Shown: positions 53,596 to 64,000 of the stretch, in pieces
Layout of the letters: every line of letters begins with the position of its first letter
How positions within the stretch are numbered: the stretch's first letter is position 1
Assembly (NCBI GenBank): GCA_963773065.1
Contig: CAVYZN010000021.1
Span: 9,110 to 73,109, forward strand
DNA: 64,000 bases
Reading direction: 5' to 3'
From: an uncultured Gammaproteobacteria bacterium
Lineage (GTDB): Bacteria > Pseudomonadota > Gammaproteobacteria > UBA9214
Program-made: the position numbers and the translations under genes
Notes under the pieces: model-generated
Database searches by the model: none
What the model saw: only the letters and a program-made list of their open reading frames with translations
Told to the model about the DNA's origin: nothing

Positions 53596-53810
53596 CGTGA
53601 ATTGGATCAATCTTCGAGCGCATTACCGAACCAGCGAAAGAACCGCAGCAGGGTCTTGATGGTGCGCCGCTCACCGATCCACAGCAAGAGTCCTTCCTCC
53701 GTCTGGTAATTCCATCTTTCAGGCAAAGTGAAACGTGAAGATGTCGCGCCGGCAGTGCGTGTAATACCGCAAGCGGTTTCAACAAGACATCGGTTTGGTT
53801 GTGATAGGAA

Positions 53811-55024
53811 TCAGGCGCCGCGCCCTGTGGTCGTGCCCAGATCGCTGGCGCAGTACTCCTCCCAGTCCTTCTCGACGGTCTCGGCCGTCTCGATGGCCAG
53901 ATTCAGCAGCGTCTTTTTCCACTTCCTTTCCTTCGCAAAGGCGATGAGTACATCCTCATTCGCCGAACCCTGGCGCCCGCTGCTGCGCAGTTGCGCCCAG
54001 GCGAGAATCTGGCCCATGGTAGCAATGGCGGTTTCCAGCCGGCGCAGTTTGCCCTGCCACGCCGCCAGGTCAACGCGGTCCGCCGAGGGCTGCAGATCCC
54101 TGAGCACGCAGGCGCGCGCATCGAGCGTCACCGGCGCGAGGAAAGCCTGGGATACCGCCTGCATGCGCTGCTGCAGGCAGACAACACGTTCCGCCTCGTT
54201 TAGCCAATCCGGTTGTGGCACTTTGAGATGGTCGATCAGTGAAGACGGCAGAGACTGCTTGAGATCCAGCACATAGTTGCCGTCCGGTGAGCCCTTGCCC
54301 TCCACCAGCAACGCGTAACGCTCGACGCCCAGACTGCCCGTGCCGGTGATGCGCCGCGCGACGTCCAGCAAGCGGTAGAAGTTCGGTTCGGCCTGCTGTG
54401 TCGCGAACGCTTCCATGAAGTCTTCGATCTGCGCGCGTTGCTCGTCGCCGACAGCCAGCGTTTTCTTGCAGTCGAGGCGGATATGGCGCCGCTCCCCTTT
54501 CAGTTCGGTGCGGGAATCGAGAAAATCCTTGCGGCTCCTCTTCTTCAACGCGTCGAGCTGATCCTGGATCAAACCTTCCGCCGACTCGCGCTCCACCCAG
54601 CGCGCCTTGCCATCGACCAGGGCCGCGGCGTAGGCATCGAGAAAACGCAGGCACAGCGCCGTCACTTCCGCCGCGTTTACGCGCAGGCTGTGCGCACCGA
54701 CGCGCACGCTGGCCAGGAAGCGCAGCGCATCCCATGTGCAGGGCGCGAGCGCCGCTTCGTCGAAATCGTTGATGTCGAAATAGACCAACCGGTTATCGCC
54801 CTTGTAGCTGCCGAAATTCTGAAAGTGCAGGTCGCCGCAGGCCCAGGCCGCCGGCGCGCGGCTCAGCACTTCGTCACCAGGAAGACGCTCCCAGAAAAGA
54901 TGGCAGGTGCCGCGCAGAAAGACGAACGCATCCGTGCGCAGGCCTGGAGTTTGAGGGCCAGTCGTTCCGGGTCGCGCCCGGCGTTGAAATCGAGGATGCG
55001 CTGGGGTACGGAGATCTTTGCCAT
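53811..55024 (-). CDS. DUF2252 family kinase-like protein (frameshifted near 54870-54950)
   Basis: NAGRDPERLALK, CGDLHFQNFG, FDINDFDEA, GTGSLGVERY, LDLKQS. Confidence 0.8.
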
Positions 55025-55203
55025 TCCGAGGTCTCCCACGGTTAAATGGAACGTCTTTGCCGACGATATCAAGGCGGTGAAAGAGGTGGTGCGCGCCGCC
55101 AAGGGTCTAACATCACCCTGGGTCATGCCCTGCTGACCATTGTCGAGAGCGCCGTTCTGGTTTGATCTGATCAACCGCGTCATCAGCCTCCACAGTAGCG
55201 GAA

Positions 55204-57618
55204 CTAAACCAAAGGCCGGTAGGGCATGATGGGTGGTCCGGAAATCCAAGCGGCGTCTCCCAACCACGGATCCGGCTTCAGATCCTCGTCGTAAGCCCGC
55301 AGGGGATGCCGGCTCGGGTCGAGGCGTTCGTCCGTATCCCAGGGTTCGAAGGCGTTGCTGACGTTGGCCAGACCGGTCTGGCCGAGTTCCGGATAATTGC
55401 GCAACAACACGGTTTTGAAAGTGGCGGTGTCGATCCAGTCTAGGCCCTCGCGGGTGTAAGTTTCCGCATTGTAATTATCCGTGTAAAAACGGTCCGCTTG
55501 CAGGCGGCGGGTCGCGTTCATGATGAAGATTTGAAACATGGTTTCGCCAAACCCGAAGTGCGTGGGTCGATGCCCCTCGGAAAGCGTGCCGATCATGAGG
55601 TCCAGGTTCTCGACGTCCCCGGGTTGATCGCCGTAAACTTCTTTGAGCTTTTGCACCTGAGCCGGGTCGTCGGTCAGGTCGTCGAAGGAGCGGATCGGGT
55701 TCAAGCCCAGTTGCCGTCGAAACTCGTTATAACGGGGCACGCCGCGCTCGCGCGCCCGCAGGATGTCCACCGCCCCCATGTCAAAGAGAGGATTGCCCGG
55801 GATGCTCAACTCCTGCATAAACCGCGGGAAATTGTTGAGGACAAGTTGCCCCGGGTGCTGCCGACCGAAGGACGAGAGGAGGTCCGCGATGCCGAACTTG
55901 GCGGTGACCTTGGCCGAGCCGGCCTGGCGGGTGGCGGGGAGCGGAATTTCCTCGCTCGTCTCAGTCCCAATTTTCCTGAGGATGAGCGTTTCCGGGAGCA
56001 GGGAGTGGAGCCGGTAAACTTCGGTGAACTCCTCGGTCAATCCAAAGGGCTGACGGTGTTTATCGATGGGATTGCCGACCACACCTCCCATCTCCGGGTT
56101 CTTGATGTTGATGGTCGCGAGCGTCTTCCGGTCTTTGCCGTAATCGAAGAGGTTGGTCAAGATGCCGAACCAATTGGCGTTCAACGCGGCGTTGAGCCCC
56201 GGGTTGGGAAGAATGGCCGGCGTCCATTCCACCGTGTGGATCTTGGCCATGACGGCGGCGTTGATCAGGCGGGCGACATTAAACAGCCGATTGTCGTCCC
56301 ATTGGGGGTAAGACATCATGAGGCGATCGCAAATGGAATTGTGTTCCCGGACGAACAGCGTGTGCAGAATGGTCAGTCCCACCCACCAGTTCCGATTGAA
56401 CCCGGTCTCCTCGATGCCTTGCTTGTCGAGGGGCAAGGTTCCGTCCGGGTTCAGGCGCAGTTTCCCAGCGACGAAGCGGCGCAAGCGGTGTTGGGTTTTG
56501 AGATCGCTACCATAAATCTGGGATCCATCCCACCAGTGCGTGACCTCGTTAATGAAGGTGATAGGAGTGTTTTCCTGGCCGGCCAGGTAAGTCGGATCCG
56601 GCTGGGTCTTACCCACGAACATGCTGGACTGGCGGTAGATGGCCCGGGCCGGATCGTCGGGGGCCAGCGGGATTTCATGCACGTCCCGATAGAGGATTTC
56701 CCCGTGGTTGATCCAGTCGTGGGTCTCGAATTGAATCCAGGCCGCGGCCAGTAAATTGAGAAACGGGACCTCCTTCATGGGCCCTTCCCGACTCAACAGT
56801 TTCCGGCTGATCTCCCGGGGGTTGGGCGTCATCAGTTTCTCGCCGGTCTCGGGCCGGATCGCCTCGATCTCGACGTTGCGCAGGAAACGCGTGCCGGCGG
56901 CGCCTTCCTTCGGGTTGGCCAGGTTGTTCCAACTCCCGTCCGCCGTTCGAAAATGGGTCACTCCTGGCGGCGCTTTTTGGCCGGGTTCCTGGAAGCCGGT
57001 CAAGGTTCCGGGCGGGTAGGTGTTCATGAGGTTCATCTTGTTGAGCCGCTCGCGCATATAAGCCAGGGTCAGAATGCTCAAGGTCAAGGATCGCCGATAC
57101 CAATTGGTCCAGACCCGGTCCTTGTATCCGGCCACCGCGCCCAAGACGGACGTGGCCACGTTGACGAATAAGGTAATGACCGCTCCGATGGCGTTCCCGA
57201 TGGCTTGGCGCGCCCGTTCCGGCCAAAGCTTGCGCCGGGGACGCGGAGGGACGGGCAAGACGTCAGGAATCCGCGCGGCGGATTGGATCAAGGTTTGGCG
57301 GTCGAAGTAATAAACAGGCGGGACCGGCACCTGGATTTCGGCGCTGGCGTTGGCTTGTGCCCTGGCCAACATCTCGCGCCACTCGGCTCGATCCGGATGC
57401 AGCGCCAGCGCCGCCGCGTAACTCCGGACGGCGCCCTCGTAATCCTCCCGTTGAAAACAGGCCAACCCCATCAATGCCTGGCTTTGGCCGCTCGGATCGC
57501 ATCGGACGGGTTCGTGGAGGATCTCGATGGCGGCCTCGAAGTTTCTTTGCTCGAGAAGACGGGAACCTTCATCACGCGCGGATTCCCATCCATTGGCCTG
57601 AGGTGAGTTGGGGTGCAT
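55204..57618 (-). CDS. TPR-fused animal heme peroxidase family enzyme, alpha-dioxygenase-like
   Basis: RTADGSWN, QFETHDW, THWWDGSQIYG, AKIHTVEWTPA, EEFTEVYRLHSLLP, RERGVPRYNEFRR, RRLQADRF. Confidence 0.9.
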   Translation of the reverse strand: MHPNSPQANGWESARDEGSRLLEQRNFEAAIEILHEPVRCDPSGQSQALMGLACFQREDYEGAVRSYAAALALHPDRAEWREMLARAQANASAEIQVPVPPVYYFDRQTLIQSAARIPDVLPVPPRPRRKLWPERARQAIGNAIGAVITLFVNVATSVLGAVAGYKDRVWTNWYRRSLTLSILTLAYMRERLNKMNLMNTYPPGTLTGFQEPGQKAPPGVTHFRTADGSWNNLANPKEGAAGTRFLRNVEIEAIRPETGEKLMTPNPREISRKLLSREGPMKEVPFLNLLAAAWIQFETHDWINHGEILYRDVHEIPLAPDDPARAIYRQSSMFVGKTQPDPTYLAGQENTPITFINEVTHWWDGSQIYGSDLKTQHRLRRFVAGKLRLNPDGTLPLDKQGIEETGFNRNWWVGLTILHTLFVREHNSICDRLMMSYPQWDDNRLFNVARLINAAVMAKIHTVEWTPAILPNPGLNAALNANWFGILTNLFDYGKDRKTLATINIKNPEMGGVVGNPIDKHRQPFGLTEEFTEVYRLHSLLPETLILRKIGTETSEEIPLPATRQAGSAKVTAKFGIADLLSSFGRQHPGQLVLNNFPRFMQELSIPGNPLFDMGAVDILRARERGVPRYNEFRRQLGLNPIRSFDDLTDDPAQVQKLKEVYGDQPGDVENLDLMIGTLSEGHRPTHFGFGETMFQIFIMNATRRLQADRFYTDNYNAETYTREGLDWIDTATFKTVLLRNYPELGQTGLANVSNAFEPWDTDERLDPSRHPLRAYDEDLKPDPWLGDAAWISGPPIMPYRPLV

Positions 57619-57928
57619 GGTAAAGTGCCTTTCTTGCTTGGGTTATCCAAGGCGGAGTGGTTGGGGGAGATAGTATTCGGCAAAGACAATGCAAATCAAT
57701 TCTGGCGTCTCCACTACCGGTCCGGTCGATTCCAAACGACCGGTTACCTTGTATCCTTGCACCGCGGAAGCTCTTAATCAGTCAGAGCCTTACTAGGAAG
57801 CCCGCCGGCGGTATACCCTCTTGCCTGCGCCAGTCATTTGCTCATGATTGGCGCAGGGCAGGTCGGCGCGGCTCATTCGGGATGTTGATCACGATACCCA
57901 CGGACATCAGACATCAGAGGAAAAGTCG

Positions 57929-59944
57929 ATGAATGACGCAGGAGATGGCATCACCCGGCGCGGTTTCGCCAAGTTGTGCTTGAACGCCGCTATCACCCTG
58001 ACTGCCTTTCTGGGCGGTTGTGCGAGCTATCTACGGTCTCGACCGCCAGTGACCTGTGAATCCGAGCAACCAGGCGCGACCGAAGAATACGACTATATCG
58101 TGGTGGGATCCGGTGCCGGTGGTGGACCTTTGGCCGCCAACTTGGCCCGCAAGGGCCATAAGGTCTTGCTGGTGGAGGCGGGCGGCGCTGAGGAAAACGC
58201 GAATTATCGCATTCCGCTGTTTCATCCCTTGGCGTCGGAAGACCCGGCGTTTCGCTGGGATTTTTTCGTCAGGCATTTCAAGGACTATGCCCTTTCCCGC
58301 AAGGACGACAAATTCTGCCCGGAATACGACGGGGTGTTTTACCCGAGATGCAGCACCCTGGGCGGTTGCACGGCGCACAATGCGATGATCCTGATTTATC
58401 CCCACAACGAAGACTGGGATTATATTGCCGAACTCACCGGGGACCCCTCATGGCGCAGTGAGCGCATGCGGGAATACTTCGAGCGCCTGGAAAACTGCCA
58501 GTACGCTAACGCTAGCGGCGATAGCGGGGCTCGCCACGGCTTCGCCGGCTGGCTGCCAACCAGTTTGCCGCCGCTGGATACCGTGCTCGGCGCCATCCGC
58601 GACCGGCAGTTGCGCGACGTGCTGCAGGGTAGCGTGCTGACGGCGCTGCAGCAGCATATTGGAAAACCGCTGGAACTCCTGAAAACCCGCTTCGACCCCA
58701 ACGATTGGCGCAGCGTTAAATCGCGCAGCGAGGGCTTATGTAAAATGCCGTTGACCACTTATCGGGGCAAACGGGCGGGCGCCCGGGAATACATACTGGA
58801 GGTGGAGCGCCGATGTGGGGGACGGCTGACGGTGAAACTGAACACCTTGGTCACGCGGGTCATTCTGGCGGATGCAGAGCCGTCCGGCGACCGGCCCTCG
58901 CGCAAGATCGCCGTCGGCATCGAATATCGAGAGGGTAAACGGCTCTATCGGGCGGATCGCCAACCCTCGCATGCGCTCGCCTCGAGTGAGGGTTCTATCC
59001 GGGCGCGCCGCGAAGTGATCCTCTCCGGCGGCGCATTCAATACACCTCAACTGTTGATGTTGTCGGGGATAGGGCCGAAACAGCATCTGCAGGATCTGGG
59101 CATTCCCGTCCAGGTGGATCTGCCCGGAGTCGGTGAGAACCTGCAGGATCGCTATGAAGTCGCCGTGGTCACGGAGATGAAAAAAGAGTTCTCCGTGCTC
59201 CAGGGCATGAGTTTCACGATTCCGCAGCCGTGGGAAGCGCCCAATCCGTTTTACCAGCAATGGCTGAAAGGCGAGGGCGTGTTCACGACCAACGGTACGG
59301 TCATATCGTTCATCAAGAAATCGACGCCGCAGCAGCCGAATCCCGATCTGTTCGTTTTCGGCATGCCCGGGTATTTCGCCGGCTATGTTCCGGGTTACTC
59401 GAAGCGGATCGCGGAGGATCATAAACATTTCACCTGGGCGATACTCAAGGCCCACACCAACAATGCGGCCGGGGTGGTGCGGCTCAAATCCACCGATCCC
59501 TGTGAAAGGCCGTATATCAATTTTCATTATTTCGACGAAGGCAACGACTATCGGGGAGAAGACTTGGACGGTTTGGTGCACGGCATAGAGTTCGTGCGCG
59601 CTATCACCGCAAGCGAAGGCATGCGCGAGCATATCGCACGCGAGGTGATACCGGGCGCGGCGGTGCGCAGTCCTACGCAGATCGAGGCGTTCGCCAAGTT
59701 CAACGCCTGGGGCCATCACGCGTCCTGCAGTTGCAGGATGGGGGCTCAGGATGATGCGATGGCGGTGGTGGACAGCCGCTTCCGGGTACGCCATGTCGAC
59801 AATCTTCGCATTGTCGACGCGTCGATTTTTCCGCGTATTCCGGGATTTTTCATCGTCAGCGCCGTTTACATGGTCAGCGAGAAGGCCACCGATACCATTC
59901 ATGAAGACTCCTCCGCATCAGCGCGCCGTATTAGCGCTGGCTGA
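57929..59944 (+). CDS. GMC-family FAD oxidoreductase with Tat/lipoprotein signal
   Basis: TRRGF...LGGC; [48 protein letters not shown]. Confidence 0.92.
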   Translation: MNDAGDGITRRGFAKLCLNAAITLTAFLGGCASYLRSRPPVTCESEQPGATEEYDYIVVGSGAGGGPLAANLARKGHKVLLVEAGGAEENANYRIPLFHPLASEDPAFRWDFFVRHFKDYALSRKDDKFCPEYDGVFYPRCSTLGGCTAHNAMILIYPHNEDWDYIAELTGDPSWRSERMREYFERLENCQYANASGDSGARHGFAGWLPTSLPPLDTVLGAIRDRQLRDVLQGSVLTALQQHIGKPLELLKTRFDPNDWRSVKSRSEGLCKMPLTTYRGKRAGAREYILEVERRCGGRLTVKLNTLVTRVILADAEPSGDRPSRKIAVGIEYREGKRLYRADRQPSHALASSEGSIRARREVILSGGAFNTPQLLMLSGIGPKQHLQDLGIPVQVDLPGVGENLQDRYEVAVVTEMKKEFSVLQGMSFTIPQPWEAPNPFYQQWLKGEGVFTTNGTVISFIKKSTPQQPNPDLFVFGMPGYFAGYVPGYSKRIAEDHKHFTWAILKAHTNNAAGVVRLKSTDPCERPYINFHYFDEGNDYRGEDLDGLVHGIEFVRAITASEGMREHIAREVIPGAAVRSPTQIEAFAKFNAWGHHASCSCRMGAQDDAMAVVDSRFRVRHVDNLRIVDASIFPRIPGFFIVSAVYMVSEKATDTIHEDSSASARRISAG

Positions 59945-60002
59945 ACGCCGAGCGAGCGGGCAGACCGGTTGATCGATTAACAGGAGATGGAAATATTTAT
60001 CA

Positions 60003-60031
60003 TTGACATGCGAAAAACCCGAGAGTAGCGT
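60003..60031 (+). promoter_or_regulatory. Sigma70 promoter candidate for the cytochrome c gene
   Basis: TTGACA-17 nt-TAGCGT. Confidence 0.55.
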
Positions 60032-60129
60032 CACGTTCGTCACGATAGGCGCTCTTCGTGTCGATCCGCTTTTTATTCCGCTTCAGCGTTTCGATTTCGG
60101 GCTGGTGGCTTAAGGATAGGAGTAGCCGC

Positions 60130-62685
60130 ATGAAAGCAAGAAACCTGCTGATCGCCGCGTCGTTTTCATCCGCATTTTTGTTGGCGGTGACGGGATGTCA
60201 CTTCGAACGCAAACTCGACGAGAAGGTCGTCGACATCATCAACCCGATCCGACCCGGTTGCGGTCACGGAGCGGGCACGGTCATGGACGAGGCCCTATGC
60301 GCCGGCCGAACGGCGGACAGTCTTCCCGCCGCCGACGAGGATTACTTCCGTGACATGGATTACGGTGCGACGAAGAATCCGGCGGCCATTGCCGCCGCGC
60401 TCGACCCCTATATTCCGGGCATAACGCCGGAACAGGCGGTAGCCGCCGCGGTGAAGGGGCGAAACAATTGGATCGTTTGGACGGGCGGGAACGATCGCTT
60501 TTGGGATCTGTTATCGCGCGATAGCGTTGGCAACCTGGATTTCCTGAAGACCCTGTCCAACCATCCCAGCCTGAAATACAGTCGAGACAACCGCTGGCAA
60601 TACCTCGGCCTGGTCAACGAACCCTGCTTCGACAAAGCGACCGGACCGCGTGCTGACCGCTTCGGCTTGTGGCTGGACGTGCGCAATGCCGACTGCCCGC
60701 CCGACCCGTTCGAAAATGAGCGGAAATACCCCGGCGTGAGGATCGGATCACGCGGCAAAACCATGCCGGAGGGTTCCTATTATGGCTATGCCACGGGCAT
60801 CGTCGGCCTGCGTCTGTTCCCGAATCCCGATTTCGACGACGCGGCCGCCAAGCGGTGGGATCCGGTGCGCTATTACACCGAACCCGGCTATTACAACGAC
60901 AAGAAGCTAGTCAAGCCGTACCGGGTCGGCATGAGCTGCGGATTCTGTCATGTCGGTCCCAATCCCGCCAACCCGCCGAAGGATCCTGAACATCCCAAAT
61001 GGGAAAATCTGAACTCCAATCCGGGGGCGCAATATTTCTGGGTGGACCGCATTTTCATGGCGGATATCGATTCAAGCAGTTTCGCATACCAACTGTTTCA
61101 CACGTCTCATCCCGGCGCATTGGATACCTCCTTCGTGTCCAGTGACTACATCAACAACCCCAGAACCATGAATGCGGTCTACAACCTGGGGGCTCGCATG
61201 AGCATGGCGTTGAAGCTGGGTCGCGAGACGCTGGGCGGGGGCGAATTGGACAACGCCCAGTTGAACCAGTTCGTACCGCCCAATTCTCCGCTGAATAAGT
61301 TTTTCAAGGCGCCGGATACCACCTGGACGCCCCGCGTGTTGAAAGACGGCTCAGACTCGGTAGGTGCTCTGGGAGCGCTCAACCGGGTGTACGTCAATAT
61401 CGGACTGTTTAGCGAAGAGTGGCTACAGCATTTCATCCCGCTGGTCGGCGGCAAGGAAATCACGCCGTTTCCGATTGCCGCTGCCGACAGGAACTCCGCC
61501 TACTGGAACGCCACCAAGGCGCAAACACCGGACCTCGCACTGTTCTTTCTCGCCACCGGCAAGCCGGATTATCTGAAGAACGCGCCGGGCGGTGAACGCT
61601 ATCTCAGCAAGGACGAGAAAACGCTGAACCGCGGCAAGGTGGTATTCGCAGAAAACTGCGCCCGCTGCCATTCCAGCAAACTCCCGGAAAAAGCGTTCTC
61701 GTTCTTTCCCAACGACGGCTGCGTCGGCCCGGACTATCTCGGTTGCTGGAATCGGTATTGGGTCTGGACCAAGACCGCCGAGTTCAAGAACGCAGCCAAG
61801 CAGATCGTCTTGGCCAAGGATTTTCTCGCCAACAATTTCCTGTCCACCGATCTGCGGGTACCGGTCACGCTGCTGGAAACCAACGCGTGCAGCGCGCTGG
61901 CCACCAATGCGTTGCAGGGTAACATTTGGGATAACTTCTCGTCCCAGTCCTACAAGGACTTGCCGTCCGTTGGCAAGGTGATCGTTCACCACCCGCTCAC
62001 CGGCGAACCTCGCGAATACGAAATGCCGGCAGGCGGACGCGGTTATACGCGGCCAGCGTCTCTGATCAGCCTCTGGTCCAGCGCGCCGTTTCTGCAGAAT
62101 AACCGTCTCGGAAGCTTTTACTGGAGCGGCTCCGTCGAGGATCGCATGAGATCTTTCGACGATTCCATCGAGCAATTGCTGTGGCCGGAAAGAAGGCAGG
62201 GCGAACGGCGGTTCACGACGCGTTCCGGCAAGTCAGTACCCGGCCATATCGATCTGACCACGGCGACCAGTTATCTGAAGGTACCGAAAGGCTTTTTACC
62301 GGATTATCTGCAACGGGAACCCTTGTTCGGAATGATGACGATCGCCGCATCAGGGGCTGTGGGCGAGACCGGTATCGAGATCGGTCCGATACCGGAAGGC
62401 ACACCGATCAATCTCATTTCCAATATCGACCTGGAACAGCGGGGCAAGGTTTTCGATGTGTTGCTGAAGGCCAAGCGCGACTTTAAGTCGCTGCCGCAGA
62501 ATGCCGGCGATGCAGAGGCAAGATGGGTGCTTTCGGATCTGGTGGAACCCCTGCTTTCCGTCAGCAAATGTCCGGACTTCGTCGTGAACCGCGGCCATTA
62601 TTTCGGAACCGGTTATGCACAGGACGAGCCGGGTCTGAACGATACGGACAAAAGGGCGCTGATCGAGTTCCTCAAGACCCTGTAG
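60130..62685 (+). CDS. Large di-heme cytochrome c lipoprotein (RoxA/cytochrome c peroxidase-like)
   Basis: Lipobox VTGC; CGFCH and CARCH; RPASLISLWSSAPFLQN; GHYFG; DKRALIEFLKTL. Confidence 0.85.
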   Translation: MKARNLLIAASFSSAFLLAVTGCHFERKLDEKVVDIINPIRPGCGHGAGTVMDEALCAGRTADSLPAADEDYFRDMDYGATKNPAAIAAALDPYIPGITPEQAVAAAVKGRNNWIVWTGGNDRFWDLLSRDSVGNLDFLKTLSNHPSLKYSRDNRWQYLGLVNEPCFDKATGPRADRFGLWLDVRNADCPPDPFENERKYPGVRIGSRGKTMPEGSYYGYATGIVGLRLFPNPDFDDAAAKRWDPVRYYTEPGYYNDKKLVKPYRVGMSCGFCHVGPNPANPPKDPEHPKWENLNSNPGAQYFWVDRIFMADIDSSSFAYQLFHTSHPGALDTSFVSSDYINNPRTMNAVYNLGARMSMALKLGRETLGGGELDNAQLNQFVPPNSPLNKFFKAPDTTWTPRVLKDGSDSVGALGALNRVYVNIGLFSEEWLQHFIPLVGGKEITPFPIAAADRNSAYWNATKAQTPDLALFFLATGKPDYLKNAPGGERYLSKDEKTLNRGKVVFAENCARCHSSKLPEKAFSFFPNDGCVGPDYLGCWNRYWVWTKTAEFKNAAKQIVLAKDFLANNFLSTDLRVPVTLLETNACSALATNALQGNIWDNFSSQSYKDLPSVGKVIVHHPLTGEPREYEMPAGGRGYTRPASLISLWSSAPFLQNNRLGSFYWSGSVEDRMRSFDDSIEQLLWPERRQGERRFTTRSGKSVPGHIDLTTATSYLKVPKGFLPDYLQREPLFGMMTIAASGAVGETGIEIGPIPEGTPINLISNIDLEQRGKVFDVLLKAKRDFKSLPQNAGDAEARWVLSDLVEPLLSVSKCPDFVVNRGHYFGTGYAQDEPGLNDTDKRALIEFLKTL

Positions 62686-62789
62686 CCACGTGTGGTCTTT
62701 GGCAATCACCGCTGGTCATGGACCGAATAGATCTTAGGGCTAGTGAACCGCGCCGAGACGCTCATTTTTGTTTGAACGAGAGGTGGATC

Positions 62790-63390
62790 ATGAATGCAAT
62801 CCCCGAATATTCCCGGCTGGTGATGGCGGCCCCCGACAAGATTCGCGCCGCACAGGACGTGCTGCAGACGAATCGGGCCCAGGGACTTGCGGCGTTGAAC
62901 GGTTTTCCGCAACGGACAGCCGCCAAGTCCGCCATTGGATGGACCCTACGACGGCGAATTGGTCGCACTGGAGAATCTGGGGGTCACCGTGCCATTCGCG
63001 AGGGCGATTCTGGCCAAGTGGCTGCCGTGGAGAGGCAAATACCTGGTGGCGGCCGAGTCCCGCGGCGACAACATCTTTGCCAGCCAATATCACTGGCTGT
63101 TTCGCTTGCTATACCCGTTCTATCGCGGCGTGATCGACGGTGGCGAGACCTTTCGCGCCCTCAAGTTCACTACGTCGATCAAAGCGGGCATGGTCGACAC
63201 CGACCGCCAGGTGTTCAATATCAACTATGACTCTCCCGCTAATCCGGCATTGACGATACGCCCCATCATCGATGAACTGGTGCAGGTGCATGACGGCGTC
63301 TACCTGGGCAAGATTCACTTCCGTTGGTGGTGGGGGCGGTGGCAGATGATCGGTTATTTTGCGCTCCGCGCAAAAGCCAGGACGGCATGA
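62790..63390 (+). CDS. Hypothetical protein (frameshift near 62905)
   Basis: GAGG RBS; LDGPYDG, W.GK, NYDSPANP, IIDELVQVHDGVYLGK, YFAL. Confidence 0.6.
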
Positions 63391-63520
63391 CGGCTTACTT
63401 GGATTCCTTCAGCGCGCGGCGAGTCGATGTAATCGGTAGCCATTTTCGAAAGGGCGATTCCGGGTCGTATCGTCCCTAAACGCGACTGACTAATTGCATC
63501 GTTGGCGGAGGAGTTCACCG

Positions 63521-64000
63521 ATGGATGAGCCATCACCGAAGACACGGTCAGCCCGGCAATGCGAAACGCTTAAGCGTTACCTCAATCCGGCTTGCATTTG
63601 GCGGTTCGTGTCGACTCTGGTCACGGTCGTTGTCCTGCTCGTGGGCGCCTATGCCGCGCTGGCTTTCTGCCGCAGTATGCGAAGACCTACGACACCATGG
63701 AAGATCATTTCAAGTACGGCTCCGATCGCGGCGATCTCGTCCTCGGACTACCCTATTGGGCATGGCAGGCGCTTCCTCTGACCTGCCCAGAGACCTTGCA
63801 GAAGGTGGCCGGCTATTCAATTCCCGGCGATTATTTGCAACGGGTCCATGCCTATGAATCCGGGAAGGACGGCAAACCGGAGGCAAGACGCCGTGAACTC
63901 TCGCGGGAGGGTTACGAGGCATTCGGTTTCATTTACGAAAAAGACGCGGACGGTCAGGTACGGGACCTGCCCGTGGGAACGGCCCAACGCCATAGCTTCG
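63521..64000 (+). CDS. N-terminus of a second RoxA-like cytochrome c protein (frameshifted, partial)
   Basis: GGAGGAG RBS; TM anchor; EDHFKYGS, GLPYWAWQALP, GYEAFGFIYE, DLPVG. Confidence 0.65.

Overview
High-GC gammaproteobacterial chromosome segment. The core backbone is PHP-yciO-S2P-trpS-scpA-scpB-rluB | yciK, then gph-ubiG-mtaD-ompA | mtnA-gyrA-serC-serA-pheA-hisC-tyrA-aroA-cmk-rpsA-ihfB-pyrF-comEA-manC-galU, then tRNA-Asn, fimT, aspC, uvrB and tRNA-Val. Many genes, including essential trpS, carry single-base frameshifts, which are most likely long-read assembly errors. Four accessory blocks stand out. (1) At 6.5-15.1 kb, between yciK and gph, is a cyclic-nucleotide signalling module: a Crp regulator, a 67-aa Cys-loop peptide, a FecR-TPR-beta-barrel outer-membrane receptor, a CHASE2 class III cyclase with non-ATP-type specificity residues, and a FixJ-like regulator. 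The first four genes are bracketed by palindromic MITE-like repeats. (2) At 39.6-47.7 kb is a decayed island at tRNA-Asn holding a Sel1 protein, an attC-like site, a MITE, an IS3, a dead serine recombinase, and two intact sigma54-driven cassettes encoding paralogous double-glycine-leader peptides. (3) After tRNA-Val is an AT-rich three-gene toxin/HTH/third-protein module with a perfect operator. (4) At 55-64 kb is a heme-enzyme cluster: a TPR-fused alpha-dioxygenase-like peroxidase, a Tat-lipoprotein GMC oxidoreductase, and two RoxA-like cytochromes c, running off the window end. An IS1380 sits between pheA and hisC. No CRISPR array or rRNA was seen. Family assignments come from motif recognition by eye, not from database searches.
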